A stretch of DNA of 24,000 bases from Nitrososphaerales archaeon (GTDB lineage: Archaea > Thermoproteota > Nitrososphaeria > Nitrososphaerales > CADDZS01). Location: positions 68,042 to 92,041 of the forward strand of contig JASHNZ010000019.1 in the NCBI GenBank assembly GCA_030041355.1, given 5' to 3'. The notes below the pieces were generated by a model. It did not search any database. It was not told the origin of the DNA and saw only the letters and a program-made list of their open reading frames with translations. This document shows, one piece after another, positions 1 through 9,230 of this stretch; position 1 is the stretch's first letter; each line of letters starts with the position of its first letter. The translations under genes and the position numbers were made by a program.

Positions 1-402
1 GAAATAATCCTGTTCATAAAAACTCGGGTCTTGAGGGAGGTGAACCTTCCTGTATTTTCCCAGAATTCGACCTCTTTGATCAAAAAGGATGCTCGTGTTG
101 TATGTTTTCTTAGCGGCTTTTTCGTAAATCGAACCACCGACCAGTACCACGTTATTTTCTTTGGCTGTCTTAGAGAGTGTTCTTGTAATAGGACCGGGAA
201 TCGTAACAGGCTCCTCTTCTGAAACCTTATCCTGCGGAAAATAAAGAGAGGAAAATAGCTCGGGAAGGCAGACTATTTGAGCTCCTTTTTGCCGAGCCTC
301 TCCTAGCATTCTCACAGCTTTATCCACATTTCGTTCTCTATCTTCGCTCATTTGCATTTGGACGAGGCCTATGTTGACGCGACCGGGAGAGATGCTACTC
401 AT
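1..402 (-). CDS. carbon-nitrogen hydrolase family protein, N-carbamoylputrescine amidase-like (partial; C-terminus lies beyond the window edge)
   Basis: Absent from the ORF track because there is no stop in the window. My minus-strand translation from the ATG (complement of 400-402) gives MSSISPGRVNIGLVQMQMSEDRERNVDKAVRMLGEARQKGAQIVCLPELFSS...GKYRKVHLPQDPSFYEQDYF. The CLPE(L/F) catalytic-Glu block and the YRK.H.P....E..YF block are typical of nitrilase-superfamily amidases. The length is exactly 134 codons in frame to base 1. Confidence 0.8.
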   Translation of the reverse strand, partial: MSSISPGRVNIGLVQMQMSEDRERNVDKAVRMLGEARQKGAQIVCLPELFSSLYFPQDKVSEEEPVTIPGPITRTLSKTAKENNVVLVGGSIYEKAAKKTYNTSILFDQRGRILGKYRKVHLPQDPSFYEQDYF

Positions 403-550
403 TCGGCAATCTAATTCTCCTTCATTCAGGTTGATACTTAACCATAGTTGCTTTGAGAAGAAGAGCACCTATTGTTCTGATCATAAGAACAATCTTTCGT
501 TTGCGTAGTTTCAAATAATTGTCTTTTGGAATATCCCATAGAAAAAATGA

Positions 551-1354
551 GTGCCGGGAGTCATGGCAAAATTAAGGCGACTAAAACCAGGGCGAAAAGA
601 GATTATCGCATCGTTAGTCATATTTGGCGGAGTAGCTGTGCTGCTTGCATTCTCTTCCATTTCCGGCTTTTTTCTCGCCGGACATCAGTCTTCATCAAAT
701 CTTCAGGCAGGTGTAGTCTCGAGCGGCCCCTATTCCCTCTTCGGTTCAAGCAACAATCAGAACTCAGCTTCTGTCTCCCAGAATAGAGTCGTAAATACGT
801 CGGAATCTTTGGTTGGCGAACTCAAACACGGTCACTTCGAGAACGTGACAGGGGATATAGTATCCAACTTGACTTCGATTGGTGGTTACGTCGCGTCAAG
901 CAACCTTATGTACAACGGAACTACTTGGTTCGGAATTTATTCTGTCAACGTACCCTCGGCTGACAGTACTCAATTCTTATTCGATGTCACAAATCTCGTA
1001 AATGCTAACGGGAAGACCCAGAGTGTTCAGATCCAGACTCAAGATGTCACAAACGAAACCGGGGGCAACCAAAGCAAAGTTCCGTATGCGCTATTTTCGA
1101 TTACTTTGCAGGAAGAGGCAAGCGAGTTACCGGTGAGCACCAATCAGTTCTCGGGTCTTTTCGGGAGTATCGGGTCCATTCTCGGAGTCGTACTGGGGGA
1201 TGTTGCATACATCGTTCTAATTGCAGTTCCAATCTATTTTCTTGTTCTAGGAGGAGTACTCCTGACAGGACGCGTACTTTACCCAATGTTCCTGAGAGTT
1301 TCCAAGAGTTCGTCTCCGAAGCAGCCTAATGAAGCACCTTCTTCTGTTCCATAG
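551..1354 (+). CDS. membrane-anchored extracytoplasmic protein, DUF4349-like (tentative family)
   Basis: It has an N-terminal signal-anchor helix (IIASLVIFGGVAVLLAFSSISGFFLAG) and C-terminal TM helices (ILGVVLGDVAYIVLIAVPIYFLVLGGVLLTG). The Ser/Asn-rich middle carries several N-x-S/T sequons. The segment YSVNVPSADSTQFLFDVTNL...QTQDVTNE resembles the DUF4349 core. The track start is a GTG at 551, and the ATG at 563 (MAKLRRLKPG) is more likely. Confidence 0.7.
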   Translation: MPGVMAKLRRLKPGRKEIIASLVIFGGVAVLLAFSSISGFFLAGHQSSSNLQAGVVSSGPYSLFGSSNNQNSASVSQNRVVNTSESLVGELKHGHFENVTGDIVSNLTSIGGYVASSNLMYNGTTWFGIYSVNVPSADSTQFLFDVTNLVNANGKTQSVQIQTQDVTNETGGNQSKVPYALFSITLQEEASELPVSTNQFSGLFGSIGSILGVVLGDVAYIVLIAVPIYFLVLGGVLLTGRVLYPMFLRVSKSSSPKQPNEAPSSVP

Positions 1355-1457
1355 TCGAATTGATGGCATAGCTCTTTGAATTTTGAGATTTCGAACCCTG
1401 TTCGAGTCTCCGGGATCGGAATACATCATCGAATTCGAAACGACGACAAACGCGTTC

Positions 1458-1889
1458 TTACCAACGAGAAATGTTCTCTTGGATGCGCCTAAGAATATTC
1501 ACCATTATTGCTTGCTCTTTTTTGCTCACGCCATCAAGAAGCTGAGCTTCCGAGGCTTCTCTGAGGGTCTTCATTTTCTCAAGAGTCTCGCGACCTGCCG
1601 CCGCTAGCGCGACCAACGTAAAGCGATTGTCGCGCGGATCAACTCTGCGGGTTATGAGGCCTGCTTGCTCCATGTCTTTAACGAACCTGGTGACAAGCGC
1701 TCCTTCCATTCCCAGCCGTCGTTGTAGATCTGTTTGGCTTAATTCTCCTGCATGCATGAGCTCATGCAAAACGAGGAAGCGTGAAAGGCTCATCCCGGCG
1801 TGCTGAAAGAACATCCGTGACATGTCTCGATGGAGGTGGCTAAGCATCACGGAGAGGCTCCCGATTTCTCGTTCGTGTGGCAACTTCAA
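1458..1889 (-). CDS. MarR family transcriptional regulator
   Basis: The winged-helix block LSQTDLQRRLGMEGALVTRFVKDMEQAGLITRRVDPRDNRFTLVALAAAGRETLEKM is classic MarR. The track ORF (to 1958) overlaps the upstream gene by 49 nt and its first ~23 aa look non-coding. The true start is probably the TTG at 1889 or 1883, or the ATG at 1847. Confidence 0.85.
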   Translation of the reverse strand: MKLPHEREIGSLSVMLSHLHRDMSRMFFQHAGMSLSRFLVLHELMHAGELSQTDLQRRLGMEGALVTRFVKDMEQAGLITRRVDPRDNRFTLVALAAAGRETLEKMKTLREASEAQLLDGVSKKEQAIMVNILRRIQENISRW

Positions 1890-1909
1890 ATCCTCTTGAC
1901 AATCTAATC

Positions 1910-2881
1910 TCAGGGAACGAAAACAAAACGACGACCCATGGTGTCCTGTCGGTCCCATATCTCCTCGGCGTCAGCGAGGGGGACAGGCAGAACATCAATG
2001 CTCAATTTGCCACATGAGGCTAGCGTCCACATTTTGGGGAATGTTTCAAAGATTGCTTTACGGGAGACACTTCCTCCACCACTTCCGTACAGCTCAAGTC
2101 CAGAACTGCGCAGCGCGGCGGAAGGGATCGAGGCCGTGGGACCTGCTAAAGCTCCTATAGAGACGAGACGGATGCGCGACCCTTCGGCCATAAGCTCGTG
2201 GCGGGTCAAGGCTGTCACTAACACTTCGACGGGATGCCCCCAGACATAATCGAGGATGATGTTGAATGGATGTATAGAAGCTTCCTGCGCGAAAGCCTTC
2301 GCAAGATCTTGGTCTGACTGGCTCAGAGAAATTATGGCATCTGCTCCAAGATTAAGCAGAGTTTGCAGAAGTTGCTCGTTACGCCCTGCGGCCACGACGC
2401 GCCTAGCGCCAAGGTTCTTGGCTACCTGGATTGCGACCTTTCCTGCCACCCCGGTCGCACCTAGAATCAAGACCGTCTCTCCTTGCTGAAGCTGCGCACG
2501 ATAGGCGAGCGGGAGCCAGGAAGACAATGCGGCATTAGGAAGCGCGGCAGCAGTAAGATCGTTGATTCCTTCTGGAACAGCTCCGCACCAAGCCTTTGGA
2601 GCAACAGTGCGTTCGGACATCGTTCCATACGGTGGCCGGCAGCCTCCAAAAAACACTCGAGTGCCATCCTCAAGCACACCTACTCCATCAACACCGCAGA
2701 CCGCGGGAAGCTGTTGGTAACTGTCGTAATGAGAGCCCCTGGCTCTCGACTTGCTGACGTGGTTCAAAGAGGCAGCCTTGACATTGACGAGAGCTTCGCC
2801 TTCCATCGGAGTCGGGTCAGGAAAATCTTCGAAGTGAGGAGCATCGCCCAGCTTGTGTAAGACAACTGCTTTCATTGCCAC
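1910..2881 (-). CDS. NAD(P)H:quinone oxidoreductase / zinc-independent medium-chain dehydrogenase-reductase (Qor-like)
   Basis: MKAVVLHKLG...GEALVNVKAASLNH is a GroES-like N-domain. ETVLILGATGVAGKVAIQVAKNLGARRVVAAGRN is a Rossmann GxxGxxG block typical of the quinone oxidoreductase subgroup. Candidate starts are the GTG at 2881 and the ATG at 2875. Confidence 0.85.
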   Translation of the reverse strand: MAMKAVVLHKLGDAPHFEDFPDPTPMEGEALVNVKAASLNHVSKSRARGSHYDSYQQLPAVCGVDGVGVLEDGTRVFFGGCRPPYGTMSERTVAPKAWCGAVPEGINDLTAAALPNAALSSWLPLAYRAQLQQGETVLILGATGVAGKVAIQVAKNLGARRVVAAGRNEQLLQTLLNLGADAIISLSQSDQDLAKAFAQEASIHPFNIILDYVWGHPVEVLVTALTRHELMAEGSRIRLVSIGALAGPTASIPSAALRSSGLELYGSGGGSVSRKAIFETFPKMWTLASCGKLSIDVLPVPLADAEEIWDRQDTMGRRFVFVP

Positions 2882-2890
2882 ATTTCTTGG

Positions 2891-2917
2891 AACGATTCAT
2901 TGATAAAGTTAATCGTT
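2891..2917. promoter_or_regulatory. inverted repeat AACGATT-N13-AATCGTT, candidate MarR operator overlapping the qor-marR promoter
   Basis: The 7-bp arms are perfectly complementary, at 2891-2897 and 2911-2917. The spacer contains the TATA-like element (minus strand CTTTATCA, 2901-2908) about 29 nt upstream of the ATG at 2875. Confidence 0.4.
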
Positions 2918-3152
2918 GATACGTCAAGTAATGTAGGCATGATGCAAGACAGGGGTAAAGAAGACTAGTCGCCAAACATCCGAAGGAAGTAGGAGAACAA
3001 CGGCATAAAAACTAGAAAAAACTTGAGTTCCTGACCGGCTCACATGCATCCAAATTCTACCAACCAGAACTTCAAAGAATGGGGCTAGTCAGTCAGACTG
3101 CTGTTGCATTAGCTACCCTTGCCTACATTCCTTCTTTCGTAGCTACAAAACC

Positions 3153-3162
3153 AAATATAAAG
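3153..3162 (+). promoter_or_regulatory. TATA-like box for the 3182 gene (leaderless spacing)
   Basis: The sequence AAATATAAAG is centred about 25 nt upstream of the ATG at 3182. Confidence 0.4.
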
Positions 3163-3181
3163 CCAGGTTTAGAGAAGGCTC

Positions 3182-3412
3182 ATGTCAGAAACTAAAGGAA
3201 GTGTTCCTCTGCATGTTCCTCCAGACATTTGGAAACCACTGATGGAAATACGCCTTCAATTGGATAGCCTTTCGCCAGGCACTCCAACACCGATAGAAGA
3301 AGCCCTGAGAGAAATTATCAATCATTACGAACGCTGCCCCCGTACGCAAGACGAAATCGATGCATTTCGAGAAAGAGCAAAGGCTTGGAAGCACAAGACC
3401 AGCTCAAAATGA
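3182..3412 (+). CDS. small hypothetical protein, possible ribbon-helix-helix (CopG/Arc-like) fold
   Basis: The 76-aa ORF has a well-placed TATA box. The pattern VPLHVPPDIWKPLMEIRLQL...TPIEEALREIINHY fits a beta-strand/helix/helix RHH layout. There is no partner toxin gene next to it. Confidence 0.5.
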   Translation: MSETKGSVPLHVPPDIWKPLMEIRLQLDSLSPGTPTPIEEALREIINHYERCPRTQDEIDAFRERAKAWKHKTSSK

Positions 3413-3435
3413 GCAAAAGTTCTTATGCTTTTTAA

Positions 3436-4848
3436 TTAGGGCGCCGTAGTTTCTCTTGGAACGAATTTCCCCGGATTAAGTATGTTGTTTGGATCCCAAA
3501 GTCGTTTGATTTCTCTCATTAGATCTATCGCCTTTGGCCCGTTTCGTTCCAATAGCTGACGATTGGCGAATTCCAGTTTCTGGACTCCCACGCCATGCTC
3601 CCCGGTGACAGAACCTCCCATCTGAACTGCTTCATTAATTAGATCAGCAAAGGCCTCCTTCGCCTTCTCGCGCGACTCATTAGACTCTGCATCGAAAACA
3701 ATCGTCGGATGAACGTTTCCGTCACCGGCATGACCTGCGGTTGGAATCTGTAGACCGTACTTTTTCGCGGTGAGTTTGACGAAATCCAGATACTCTCCAA
3801 GCTTGTCCAGGGGAACGACGATATCTTCATTGTAAACTCCCGATCCCAAGGTCTTTATTCCTAAAAGCAGAAGAGCCCTTGCGCTGTAGAGCCTTTCTTC
3901 ATCTTTTGGATCCTTTCCCACATAAGCATCTACCGAGTGGTTAGCGTTACAAATTTCAATTATCTTGGCGACCATTTCGAAAGGTGATTCCATGAATAAG
4001 ATGGCTTGATGTTCCGGAATCTGTGTATCGAAGGCTTGATTGACCGCAGTCATTGCCTCCTTACTCATAAATTCCAACAGATTCGGCTGAATGCCGGAGC
4101 TACGCATAGCTACAATAGAACTCACCGCATCATTCCAGTTTGAAAAAAAGATCATGAATTTTTTAACTGAAGAGGATCCGGTTCTCCCCGGAAGGGGCAT
4201 GATCTTGAGCCATGCCTCAGTGATCAAAGCTAGAGTGCCTTCGCTCCCACAGATAAGATGGACGAGATCGTATCCAACCCTGTTCTTTGGAAGAGGTTCT
4301 CCTATTCTGATCATAGTGCCATCAGCCAAAACCACATTCAAAGCCAGCACCCAGTTCTTCACAGTTCCATACCGAAAAGTCCTCATCCCACCAGAATCTT
4401 CAGCGACCACGCCTCCGACAGTGCACCAAGGAGTACTTGCTGGGTCTGGCGGGAAAAAGAAACCGTGCTTTTCTAATTCTTGATTGAGGTCGTCTACAAC
4501 AACGCCTGCCTCGCAGTGGACGTACCAGTTCGTAATGTCAATCTTGAGAATCCGGTTCATTCTCTTCGAAAAATCAATAACCACTCCTCCGAAAGTGCTC
4601 GTCGCTCCGGTTAAACTAGTTCCGGCGCCTCTGGCGACAACGGCAACTTTGTGCGTATTCAAAATTTTCAGAATTCTCGAGACTTGTTGAGCCGAGTCAG
4701 GCTGAACTACTAAGAGAGGTGCTGATTCAAAGTCGCCCATGTCTTTTTTGAAATCCTCTATCTTTGCAGATTTTGACGTAAGAAGATAAGAATCTCCGAC
4801 AACATTGCGAAGCTGATCTGAAATCTCAGATTCTGACACGGAACTCAT
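3436..4848 (-). CDS. FAD-linked oxidase, GlcD / D-lactate dehydrogenase family
   Basis: VVARGAGTSLTGA is the PCMH-type FAD-binding motif. The C-terminal GSVTGEHGVGVQKLEF...LMREIKRLWDPNNILNPGK is the typical GlcD-family tail. Confidence 0.9.
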   Translation of the reverse strand: MSSVSESEISDQLRNVVGDSYLLTSKSAKIEDFKKDMGDFESAPLLVVQPDSAQQVSRILKILNTHKVAVVARGAGTSLTGATSTFGGVVIDFSKRMNRILKIDITNWYVHCEAGVVVDDLNQELEKHGFFFPPDPASTPWCTVGGVVAEDSGGMRTFRYGTVKNWVLALNVVLADGTMIRIGEPLPKNRVGYDLVHLICGSEGTLALITEAWLKIMPLPGRTGSSSVKKFMIFFSNWNDAVSSIVAMRSSGIQPNLLEFMSKEAMTAVNQAFDTQIPEHQAILFMESPFEMVAKIIEICNANHSVDAYVGKDPKDEERLYSARALLLLGIKTLGSGVYNEDIVVPLDKLGEYLDFVKLTAKKYGLQIPTAGHAGDGNVHPTIVFDAESNESREKAKEAFADLINEAVQMGGSVTGEHGVGVQKLEFANRQLLERNGPKAIDLMREIKRLWDPNNILNPGKFVPRETTAP

Positions 4849-4916
4849 TCTAACACCAGCCGCAGATTTTAATGATTATAATCTAGTGATTTGAATCTTG
4901 AAACTGCGTTCTCTTT

Positions 4917-6059
4917 TTATTTCAGCAATCTCTTGAGTTTGAACGGGGAAAGGTCAAGCTCGCTCCTTTCCCCCAGGATATCTTGAGCAACAGTCTTTCC
5001 GAGAACGCTTGCAAACTTGAAGCCATGACCAGAACAAGCGCTAACTATCCACAAATTGTTGTATTTCGGATGGGTGGCCACAATAAAGTTTCGATCAGGG
5101 GTGTTCGTGTAAATGCAAGTAGTTGAACTTACAACATCACCATTTGCGATGGGGATTCTTTTCTCTAAGAAGTGCCTAATCGGCGCCTCATCTCGCATCG
5201 TAACTTGTCGCACTATCTGTTCAGGACTATCTGCGATTGATCCGCCATGATGTCTGCCTACTTTGATTCCATCCCCAACGTCCGGAGTACCGTAGAAGAG
5301 AGAACTTGTGCTGAGTCCTTCTTCGAAAATGAATATCGGCATCTTTTCTACCGACAGAAGATTAGTCGTTTCTTTTGCCCTCATCCAAAAAACGGTTTGA
5401 CGCTCAATAGTTAGAGGCAGCTCTAAATCTGAAACAAGGCTAGAGAGCCAGCTTCCAGCTGTGAAGACTACTGAGGTCGCGGCATATTGTTCTTTTTCAG
5501 TCGTCACGACAAAATCTCCGTTTCTGCCATGGGTCCATTTGATCAGAGGTTCCGAGAAATGAAAAATTGAGCCACGCTCTTGGGCAAGCTCGACGTAAGC
5601 TTTGATGCACAGCTCAGGAAAAAGTATCCCCGCGATCTTCTCAAAAACGCCAGTCTGATCTTCGGCCAGGGAAAATACTGGAAATCGATCTTTGATTTCT
5701 CTCGGCGTCATCATTTCGCATCGGATTCCGTGCTCTTTTGCGCTCGCCATTACTCCTCTTATCAGACTGCCCTCGGGCGGACCTACCTGCAGTCCTCCAG
5801 TAAGGCGAATTACGCCCTCGCCGCTGAGTTCTTGAAGTTCAAACCAAAGCTCCAGTGCTTTTCTTACTAGTGGAACATACAGCGGATGCTCTGCATAAGC
5901 TGTTCTGATTATTCTCGTTTTGCCATGAGACGATCCATTGGAATGATTCAATGCAAATCTCTCAAGCGTCAGAGTTTTCAAACCTCGAGAAGCGAGATAA
6001 TAGCTGGTGGAGCTGCCATGGGCCCCGCAACCCACTACTATTACATCAAATTTCTTCAA
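4917..6059 (-). CDS. FAD-dependent oxidoreductase, monomeric sarcosine oxidase / N-methyltryptophan oxidase-like
   Basis: The N-terminal dinucleotide fold is KFDVIVVGCGAHGSSTSYYLASRG. The blocks HGSSHGKTRIIRTAY and C-terminal SACSGHGFKFASVLG include the flavinylation-Cys context of the MSOX family. Confidence 0.85.
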   Translation of the reverse strand: MKKFDVIVVGCGAHGSSTSYYLASRGLKTLTLERFALNHSNGSSHGKTRIIRTAYAEHPLYVPLVRKALELWFELQELSGEGVIRLTGGLQVGPPEGSLIRGVMASAKEHGIRCEMMTPREIKDRFPVFSLAEDQTGVFEKIAGILFPELCIKAYVELAQERGSIFHFSEPLIKWTHGRNGDFVVTTEKEQYAATSVVFTAGSWLSSLVSDLELPLTIERQTVFWMRAKETTNLLSVEKMPIFIFEEGLSTSSLFYGTPDVGDGIKVGRHHGGSIADSPEQIVRQVTMRDEAPIRHFLEKRIPIANGDVVSSTTCIYTNTPDRNFIVATHPKYNNLWIVSACSGHGFKFASVLGKTVAQDILGERSELDLSPFKLKRLLK

Positions 6060-6191
6060 GAATCCAAACGCTCAAATGAGGTGAAGCAATTTGCCATCTA
6101 GTTCCTTTCAGTTCCTAATTAAGGCTTGGAAGTCGGATTGCACACAAAAGTCTAGATTGAAAACACTGGGCTTTGGGAAATTTGAGGTCGC

Positions 6192-7331
6192 TTAGACCTT
6201 GCCTTTCAGCTGTCCCTCAAACTCAGCAGAAGGGACACTCCAAACTCGAACAAACACAGCTTGAAAGTGACTTCGTGAGGTTCCCACGAATCCTACTGAA
6301 GTCAATTGAGCCAATTTGCACGTTCCTTCAATGCCCGTTGCCCAAGAACAGTCAGCCGTGTGCGCATATCCTCCTCCTAGAAGTGGTTGAAGTGGAAGAG
6401 GACTAATGTAATGCGTGTAAGATGACGCTGTGATTGCGTACGCTTCAATCATCCCGTTCAAGAATGCGGAGGTTGTATTGAAGAACATTCTACCCTGCTC
6501 TTTTTGCACTCCAGTGTTTAAATTTTCCACAATGTTGGAAGCTTCGATGAAGGATCCTGTTACTGGCGAATTTCCAACTGTGCCGTTCAGAGAGCCTCGG
6601 AACCGTATACTATCAAATTGTGCGCTAGCTTGTGTGTAGTTTGCCACGATCACGACATATTGGTCGCCAGAGGCAATAATCACGGGTCCACCAAAGAGGT
6701 TGTCTCCGGCGGCTTCAATCGAAAAACCGCCCGACGTGGTGATTGTCTCTCCGCCAATTGTTATGTTGAATGAAGTGGGGCCTTCGAAGACAAAGGGTAT
6801 GGCGCTGGTATATCCGCTGCTGGACTTGTTGTTGAGATAGCTAGGTTGTAGATAGTCAGGATCATCGCAATCATTTGAAAGGTTCTTGGTCAAAGGAAAA
6901 CAGAGTGCACCATTCATGTTGTTGACCAGCAGGGTACCATTTCCAGTAACAGTTACGGGAACTTGGTCTATAGTTGCATTGAAAGTAAGTTTGGCGCTTC
7001 CAGAAATGTTGTTTCCGACAATACTGGAATGCATGGTATATGTCAAACTTCCAGAACCAGGATCTATTTGGTCTCCTAAAATGTAAGCAGTCAGTACGTT
7101 TCCCCCGCTTTGGGACCAACTCTGACGGGCAATGTTTGTAATCTCTCCAGTCATATTCAGATTAACGGCTTGGTTTGATGAAGCACTTGCAGTGATTGGA
7201 CCTGAAACACCGGGGCTCCCGAAAATGGGATTTCCAAACATGAGCAAAAATGCGAATAGAAAGCACGACAAGACTAGAAGCGATTTTTTCATATAAGCTT
7301 CACCAAGGCCTGGGCCACGTGAATTTGTCAT
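6192..7331 (-). CDS. secreted hypothetical glycoprotein (orphan)
   Basis: The signal peptide MKKSLLVLSCFLFAFLLMFGNPIFG begins at the second ATG (7292). The body is Ser/Thr/Asn/Gly-rich, looks all-beta, and has 10 N-x-S/T sequons by my count. There is no C-terminal anchor and I recognise no family. Confidence 0.75.
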   Translation of the reverse strand: MTNSRGPGLGEAYMKKSLLVLSCFLFAFLLMFGNPIFGSPGVSGPITASASSNQAVNLNMTGEITNIARQSWSQSGGNVLTAYILGDQIDPGSGSLTYTMHSSIVGNNISGSAKLTFNATIDQVPVTVTGNGTLLVNNMNGALCFPLTKNLSNDCDDPDYLQPSYLNNKSSSGYTSAIPFVFEGPTSFNITIGGETITTSGGFSIEAAGDNLFGGPVIIASGDQYVVIVANYTQASAQFDSIRFRGSLNGTVGNSPVTGSFIEASNIVENLNTGVQKEQGRMFFNTTSAFLNGMIEAYAITASSYTHYISPLPLQPLLGGGYAHTADCSWATGIEGTCKLAQLTSVGFVGTSRSHFQAVFVRVWSVPSAEFEGQLKGKV

Positions 7332-7471
7332 ATCTAGTTATCGTTTGCATAATTATCTGTTGAGAATTGAAAACTTGGATCAGCAATATAGAGTTCGAAT
7401 CCTGTTATGAGCTGAGATGGCATGATTTGAAGTGCAACGTGTCCTTGGATGTATTGAATCAGTTGGTCCTA

Positions 7472-9109
7472 TTACTCGGGCGGAAGCTGACTCGCAATCA
7501 AGTTCAGATCTATCTTATTCTTCTGCTTCCGCAGAGTGTAGGAAATGTAATAGATCAAGGCACCAATGGGGATGAAAACGAAATTCAGGACGATCAAAGC
7601 CGTAGTCGAAAGTCCTGAAGATGGATAGCTGAAAAAGAAACTTTCATTTGACATGAATTCATAAGTCATGAACAGGATAAATGCCAATGAAAGCGCCCCT
7701 ACCGCTGTGATCAGATAGCTGCGGCGTTGTTTTAACTCAAGCTCTGGAAGGGAGTGTTTTCTGAATTTGAAGAAGATTGCAGCGCAGGAAGTGGCAAATA
7801 TGCAGCTAAAAGCTGGAGCTATAACAGCCGTAGAATATATTCCCAGTAATGAGTTGGAAGCAAGTGTAATTAGGAGAAGCGCGATCTGAATCACCACAAA
7901 GACTCCGAGTGTCGTAACTATTGGGGTATGAAACCTCGAGCTAACCGAGCTCCATTTAATCGGAACAACTCGGTCGAAACTCCAAGCGAATGCCGATCTA
8001 ATTGGTTGAAGGTACAGAGCCGGCAGCAAAAGAACTGAGTAGCCCAGAGTTATTGCGATGAGCACAACTAGCCCTGCCCAGAAGCTACCCGTTGAAAGTA
8101 CCAACACTGCGCTCAAGGCTTGTAGTGTCGAGCTGAAGGGTAGGGCCGACGAAGTCCCTGCGAGGGAGGTTATTCCTGACAAAAAGGGAATTCCAATCCG
8201 GGAGTAAAGGAGAATTACGAGAGTAACAAAAAACAAGGCGTTGAGAAAAGCAGCCCCCGCCATCGAGGAAATATTTCTCCGAACTACATTAGCATGGCGG
8301 ATCTCTCCAGCGACGTAAGCAGTCCAGAATACCCAGATAACGCTGTCAGCGCAGATCGCTATTTCAGGTATTGCCAACCTGTTTGGCGGGGCGGGTGTGG
8401 CTCCTTCGACAAACTTGAAAGAATTGGCGATTGTCGACGTGCCATTTGACTTTAGCATGAAATCATTGAAAGCTGATTGAAAACCTGCATGCGTCGTCGC
8501 AAAGAGAGCTCCGATCATCACGAAGGAGCCCATCAGAGTTAAGATCCACATGATGTCGAGAGCCGAGAAAGTTCTTCTTATCCCGGCCGTAATCAGTAGC
8601 GTGAATAACACATTGACAACTGTTGCGAATATTAGAGAATTCACAGGAAGCACAAGCCAATTTCCGAAGTTTACGAGAACTGGCGAGTTTGCGTAAAATC
8701 CCAACACTTGTAGCCCTGGCCCCAGCGCAACATTGGCAATAAAAAACAGCGTAAAGGCCGCGGAAAAGAGCTGCCATACAGTCAGCGAGAAATTAAATGA
8801 AAATCCGAATACGGGATGAATGATTCTGCTATTGAAAATATAATCACCGCCCGATCTGGGCATGAGAGCAGTCAGAATTGCATACATGACGGCGATGGCG
8901 ATCGCGAAGATCAGGGCAAGGCCTTCGGCAGAAACTAAATTCGCCCCTCCAAAATAAACAAAGCTTGACAGGGCAAAAATGAGTGTACCGAACATCCAAG
9001 AGGCAGAAGAGTTGAAGATGAACGCGTCGATCCATCTGCCCTGGCGAACGAGGCCTGTGCTCTGTCTCGTAAATATTGTCGAATTCTTTTCTTCTTCCAA
9101 ATCTAACAA
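7472..9109 (-). CDS. APC-superfamily amino acid/polyamine permease
   Basis: The protein is about 12 TM helices long. The block MPRSGGDYIFNSR matches the APC signature (P.sGG.Y.y). The track start is a TTG at 9109, and the TTG at 9100 fits the TATA spacing better. Confidence 0.85.
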   Translation of the reverse strand: MLDLEEEKNSTIFTRQSTGLVRQGRWIDAFIFNSSASWMFGTLIFALSSFVYFGGANLVSAEGLALIFAIAIAVMYAILTALMPRSGGDYIFNSRIIHPVFGFSFNFSLTVWQLFSAAFTLFFIANVALGPGLQVLGFYANSPVLVNFGNWLVLPVNSLIFATVVNVLFTLLITAGIRRTFSALDIMWILTLMGSFVMIGALFATTHAGFQSAFNDFMLKSNGTSTIANSFKFVEGATPAPPNRLAIPEIAICADSVIWVFWTAYVAGEIRHANVVRRNISSMAGAAFLNALFFVTLVILLYSRIGIPFLSGITSLAGTSSALPFSSTLQALSAVLVLSTGSFWAGLVVLIAITLGYSVLLLPALYLQPIRSAFAWSFDRVVPIKWSSVSSRFHTPIVTTLGVFVVIQIALLLITLASNSLLGIYSTAVIAPAFSCIFATSCAAIFFKFRKHSLPELELKQRRSYLITAVGALSLAFILFMTYEFMSNESFFFSYPSSGLSTTALIVLNFVFIPIGALIYYISYTLRKQKNKIDLNLIASQLPPE

Positions 9110-9120
9110 AGTAAGTGCGT

Positions 9121-9133
9121 TATATTTTATAAG
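9121..9133 (-). promoter_or_regulatory. TATA-like box upstream of the permease gene
   Basis: The minus strand reads CTTATAAAATATA, centred about 27 nt upstream of the TTG at 9100. Confidence 0.35.
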
Positions 9134-9230
9134 CCTGTCAATAACCCGCTTATAACGCCAACGGATATCAGCAGTTTAGATCTTTTCAAGCTAAAATCTT
9201 GCGGAGAAATTTGGTGCGAATACTTCCGAC

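Noticed and set aside
1390-1414. TTCGAACCCTGTTCGAGTCTCCGGG, two T-loop-like motifs between convergent genes
   Set aside because: No cloverleaf can be drawn on either strand. It is probably just part of the imperfect inverted-repeat region between the DUF4349-like and MarR gene ends.
3080-3199. 39-codon hydrophobic ORF (MGLVSQTAVALATLAYIPSFVATKPNIKPGLEKAHVRN) overlapping the TATA box and start of the 3182 gene
   Set aside because: It has no promoter-like element at the right distance. It overlaps the better-supported gene's promoter and is too short to evaluate without conservation data.
7391-7405. GAGTTCGAATCC, a T-loop-like motif suggesting a tRNA or tRNA-derived att site
   Set aside because: The flanking bases cannot form a T stem (TAGAG against CCTGT) or an acceptor stem. 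It is isolated, with no repeat partner found.
8463-9035. Alternative-frame minus-strand ORFs (104 and 63 aa) inside the permease gene
   Set aside because: They are Arg/Cys-rich out-of-frame translations. The 545-aa frame carries the APC motifs and TM pattern.
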